DNA of 64,000 bases, taken from sequence record PZ445554.1, one strand, 5' to 3'. Both the position numbers and the translations under genes were made by a program. How positions within the stretch are numbered: position 1 is the stretch's first letter; every line of letters begins with the position of its first letter. Positions 59,841 through 64,000 of this stretch are shown piece after piece. Source of the stretch: a phage. Below the pieces are notes generated by a model, which saw only the letters and a list, made by a program, of their open reading frames with translations, did no database searches and was not told where the DNA came from.

Positions 59841-60499
59841 TGAGTTTACTTAATAATAAAGCGGGAGTTATTTCCCGCTTAGCAGATTTTCTTGGTTTTA
59901 GAACTAAGAAAAATGATATTTCGGTTATGAATAATCAGCCGGTAGGCGCTGTAACAATTTCACAAATAGCAAAAGGTTTTTATGACTCAAATGTAGAATC
60001 TGCTATCAATGATGTTAGAAATATGGCAGAGCAACAGGTTGGAGCTGTATTAATTAATATAAGCGGCGTATCTCCTACTGGCGTGCAACAAACCGACTAT
60101 TGGTCATTTGAAGGAACTGTTACTGATACTTCAGCCAAACCAGGTGACCCAGTTATTGTTAACATGTTTGGTATTCCGGTTAAAGCTACTAATGGAATGA
60201 CTTCAATTGAATTTACTAGTGCTGTTAGAACAGCTCTACAGGAAATGGTTGTAAAATTTATTGCAATTGATTCATTTGAAGACCATCCTACTATAGGGAA
60301 TAAAATACAAGTTAAGTATTTAGATAACCAAGAACATATCTTAGAGCAATACTCTGATAAAGGAATTACTTTCAAACAAGAAATAATTTCTCCTTCTAAA
60401 CCCGGGTATGGAACTTGGCAATTATTAGGTGCGCAAACTGTTACGCTAGATAGTCATACACAACCTACAGTATTTTATTATTTTGAGAGAATAGCATGA
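59840..60499 (+). CDS. 11: Baseplate wedge protein gp11
   Basis: 219 aa from Met [14 protein letters not shown]; start overlaps the gene 10 stop. Confidence 0.85.
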   Translation: MSLLNNKAGVISRLADFLGFRTKKNDISVMNNQPVGAVTISQIAKGFYDSNVESAINDVRNMAEQQVGAVLINISGVSPTGVQQTDYWSFEGTVTDTSAKPGDPVIVNMFGIPVKATNGMTSIEFTSAVRTALQEMVVKFIAIDSFEDHPTIGNKIQVKYLDNQEHILEQYSDKGITFKQEIISPSKPGYGTWQLLGAQTVTLDSHTQPTVFYYFERIA

Positions 60500-62046
60500 G
60501 TAACAATACATATCAGCACGTATCAAATGAATCAAAATATGTTAAATTCGATCCCACTGGATCGAATTTTCCTGGCACTGTTACGACAGTACAGTCTGCA
60601 TTATCAAAAATAAGTAATATCGGCGTAAATGGTATTCCTGATGCAACTATGGAAGTTAAAGGAATAGCAATGATTGCATCAGAGCAAGAGGTTTTAGATG
60701 GAACAAATAATTCTAAAATCGTTACACCAGCTACATTAGCAACAAGATTATTGTATCCAAATGCTACTGAAACTAAATATGGTTTAACGCGCTATTCAAC
60801 AAATGAAGAAACATTAGAAGGCTCAGATAATAATTCATCAATAACGCCGCAAAAACTGAAATACCATACTGATGATGTGTTCCGAAATAGATATTCATCT
60901 GAGTCATCAAACGGGGTTATTAAAATATCATCTACGCCTGCAGCTTTGGCTGGTGTCGATGATACTACGGCGATGACTCCGTTGAAAACCCAAAAACTTG
61001 CAATAAAATTAATTTCACAAATAGCTCCTTCAGAAGACACTGCAACAGAATCGGTGAGAGGAGTAGTTCAATTATCTACTGTTGCACAAACTCGTCAAGG
61101 AACTCTCCGCGAAGGATATGCAATTTCCCCATATACCTTTATGAATTCTGTTGCAACACAAGAATATAAGGGTGTTATACGTCTAGGAACACAAGCAGAA
61201 ATTAATAATAATTTGGGGGATGTTGCAGTAACAGGTGAAACACTAAATGGTCGAGGAGCTACCGGTTCTATGCGTGGGGTAGTAAAATTAACGACGCAGG
61301 CCGGTATTGCTCCTGAAGGCGATAGCTCTGGGGCATTAGCCTGGAACGCAGACGTAATTAATACTCGTGGTGGACAAACTATTAATGGTTCTTTAAATTT
61401 AGATCATCTCACAGCAAATGGAATTTGGTCGCGCGGCGGAATGTGGAAAAATGGCGATCAACCTGTTGCCACTGAAAGATACGCGTCCGAAAGAGTTCCA
61501 GTTGGAACTATTATGATGTTTGCGGGTGATTCAGCACCTCCAGGTTGGATTATGTGTCATGGTGGAACCGTGTCAGGTGACCAATTTCCTGATTATAGAA
61601 ACGTAGTTGGAACAAGATTTGGTGGCGATTGGAATAATCCTGGCATTCCTGATATGCGGGGTCTTTTCGTCAGAGGAGCTGGCACAGGCGGTCATATTTT
61701 AAATCAACGAGGACAAGATGGTTATGGAAAGGATAGACTTGGCGTAGGATGTGACGGAATGCATGTTGGCGGTGTTCAAGCACAACAAATGTCATACCAT
61801 AAACACGCTGGTGGTTGGGGAGAATATAACAGAAGTGAAGGTCCATTTGGCGCGTCTGTTTATCAAGGATATCTTGGAACTAGAAAATATTCCGACTGGG
61901 ATAACGCTTCATACTTCACCAATGATGGATTTGAATTAGGTGGACCGAGAGATGCCCTTGGTACACTTAATCGCGAAGGATTAATTGGTTATGAAACTAG
62001 ACCATGGAATATATCATTAAACTATATTATTAAAGTTCATTACTAA
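60496..62046 (+). CDS. 12: Short tail fiber protein gp12
   Basis: 516 aa; Gly-rich C-terminal receptor-binding region. Confidence 0.85.
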   Translation: MSNNTYQHVSNESKYVKFDPTGSNFPGTVTTVQSALSKISNIGVNGIPDATMEVKGIAMIASEQEVLDGTNNSKIVTPATLATRLLYPNATETKYGLTRYSTNEETLEGSDNNSSITPQKLKYHTDDVFRNRYSSESSNGVIKISSTPAALAGVDDTTAMTPLKTQKLAIKLISQIAPSEDTATESVRGVVQLSTVAQTRQGTLREGYAISPYTFMNSVATQEYKGVIRLGTQAEINNNLGDVAVTGETLNGRGATGSMRGVVKLTTQAGIAPEGDSSGALAWNADVINTRGGQTINGSLNLDHLTANGIWSRGGMWKNGDQPVATERYASERVPVGTIMMFAGDSAPPGWIMCHGGTVSGDQFPDYRNVVGTRFGGDWNNPGIPDMRGLFVRGAGTGGHILNQRGQDGYGKDRLGVGCDGMHVGGVQAQQMSYHKHAGGWGEYNRSEGPFGASVYQGYLGTRKYSDWDNASYFTNDGFELGGPRDALGTLNREGLIGYETRPWNISLNYIIKVHY

Positions 62047-63513
<1,467 letters not shown>

Positions 63514-63516
63514 CAT

Positions 63517-63532
63517 GGGGCCGCAAGGCCCC
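63517..63532 (+). terminator. Stem-loop (GCAA tetraloop) after wac
   Basis: GGGGCC-GCAA-GGCCCC; no strong U-run. Confidence 0.5.
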
Positions 63533-63544
63533 AAAGGATTTTAA

Positions 63545-64000
<456 letters not shown>

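Noticed and set aside
50734-61040. Minus-strand ORFs inside the late structural genes (for example 50734-50952, 52535-52732, 54837-55196, 56453-56788, 58874-59095, 60097-60375, 60792-61040)
   Set aside because: Embedded antisense in the baseplate and fiber genes with no start signals; considered spurious.

Overview
This window reads as one contiguous segment of a T4-like (T-even) myovirus genome; I recognise the proteins from memory of T4 and ran no database search. Positions 1-47846 are early/middle genes, all on the minus strand: the DNA polymerase gp43 N-terminus, regA, clamp loader 62/44, clamp 45, rpbA, 46/47, a-gt, sigma factor 55, nrdH/G/D, endonuclease VII, nrdC, a long run of small hypothetical genes, rI, tk, regB, denV, lysozyme e, nudE, a 10-tRNA cluster, internal-protein genes, 57B/57A and genes 1, 3, 2, 4. 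Positions 47894-64000 are late structural genes on the plus strand: 53, 5, 5.4, 6-12, wac and the start of 13. It is not T4 itself: nrdD is one uninterrupted ORF, the tRNA set includes Tyr and Asn, the internal-protein locus is arranged differently and Wac is divergent. Intergenic regions carry a repeated early-promoter cassette, MotA-box middle promoters, TATAAATA late promoters and tetraloop hairpins. Candidates worth a second look are: a nucleotidyltransferase plus P-loop ATPase pair; a GIY-YIG ORF between a-gt and 47; a T5orf172-type ORF inside the tRNA cluster; a partial duplication next to endonuclease VII; several tandem paralog families; and a macro-domain-like protein. Coordinates of non-ORF features and of small ORFs below the 60-aa track cut-off were counted by hand and may be off by a few nt.
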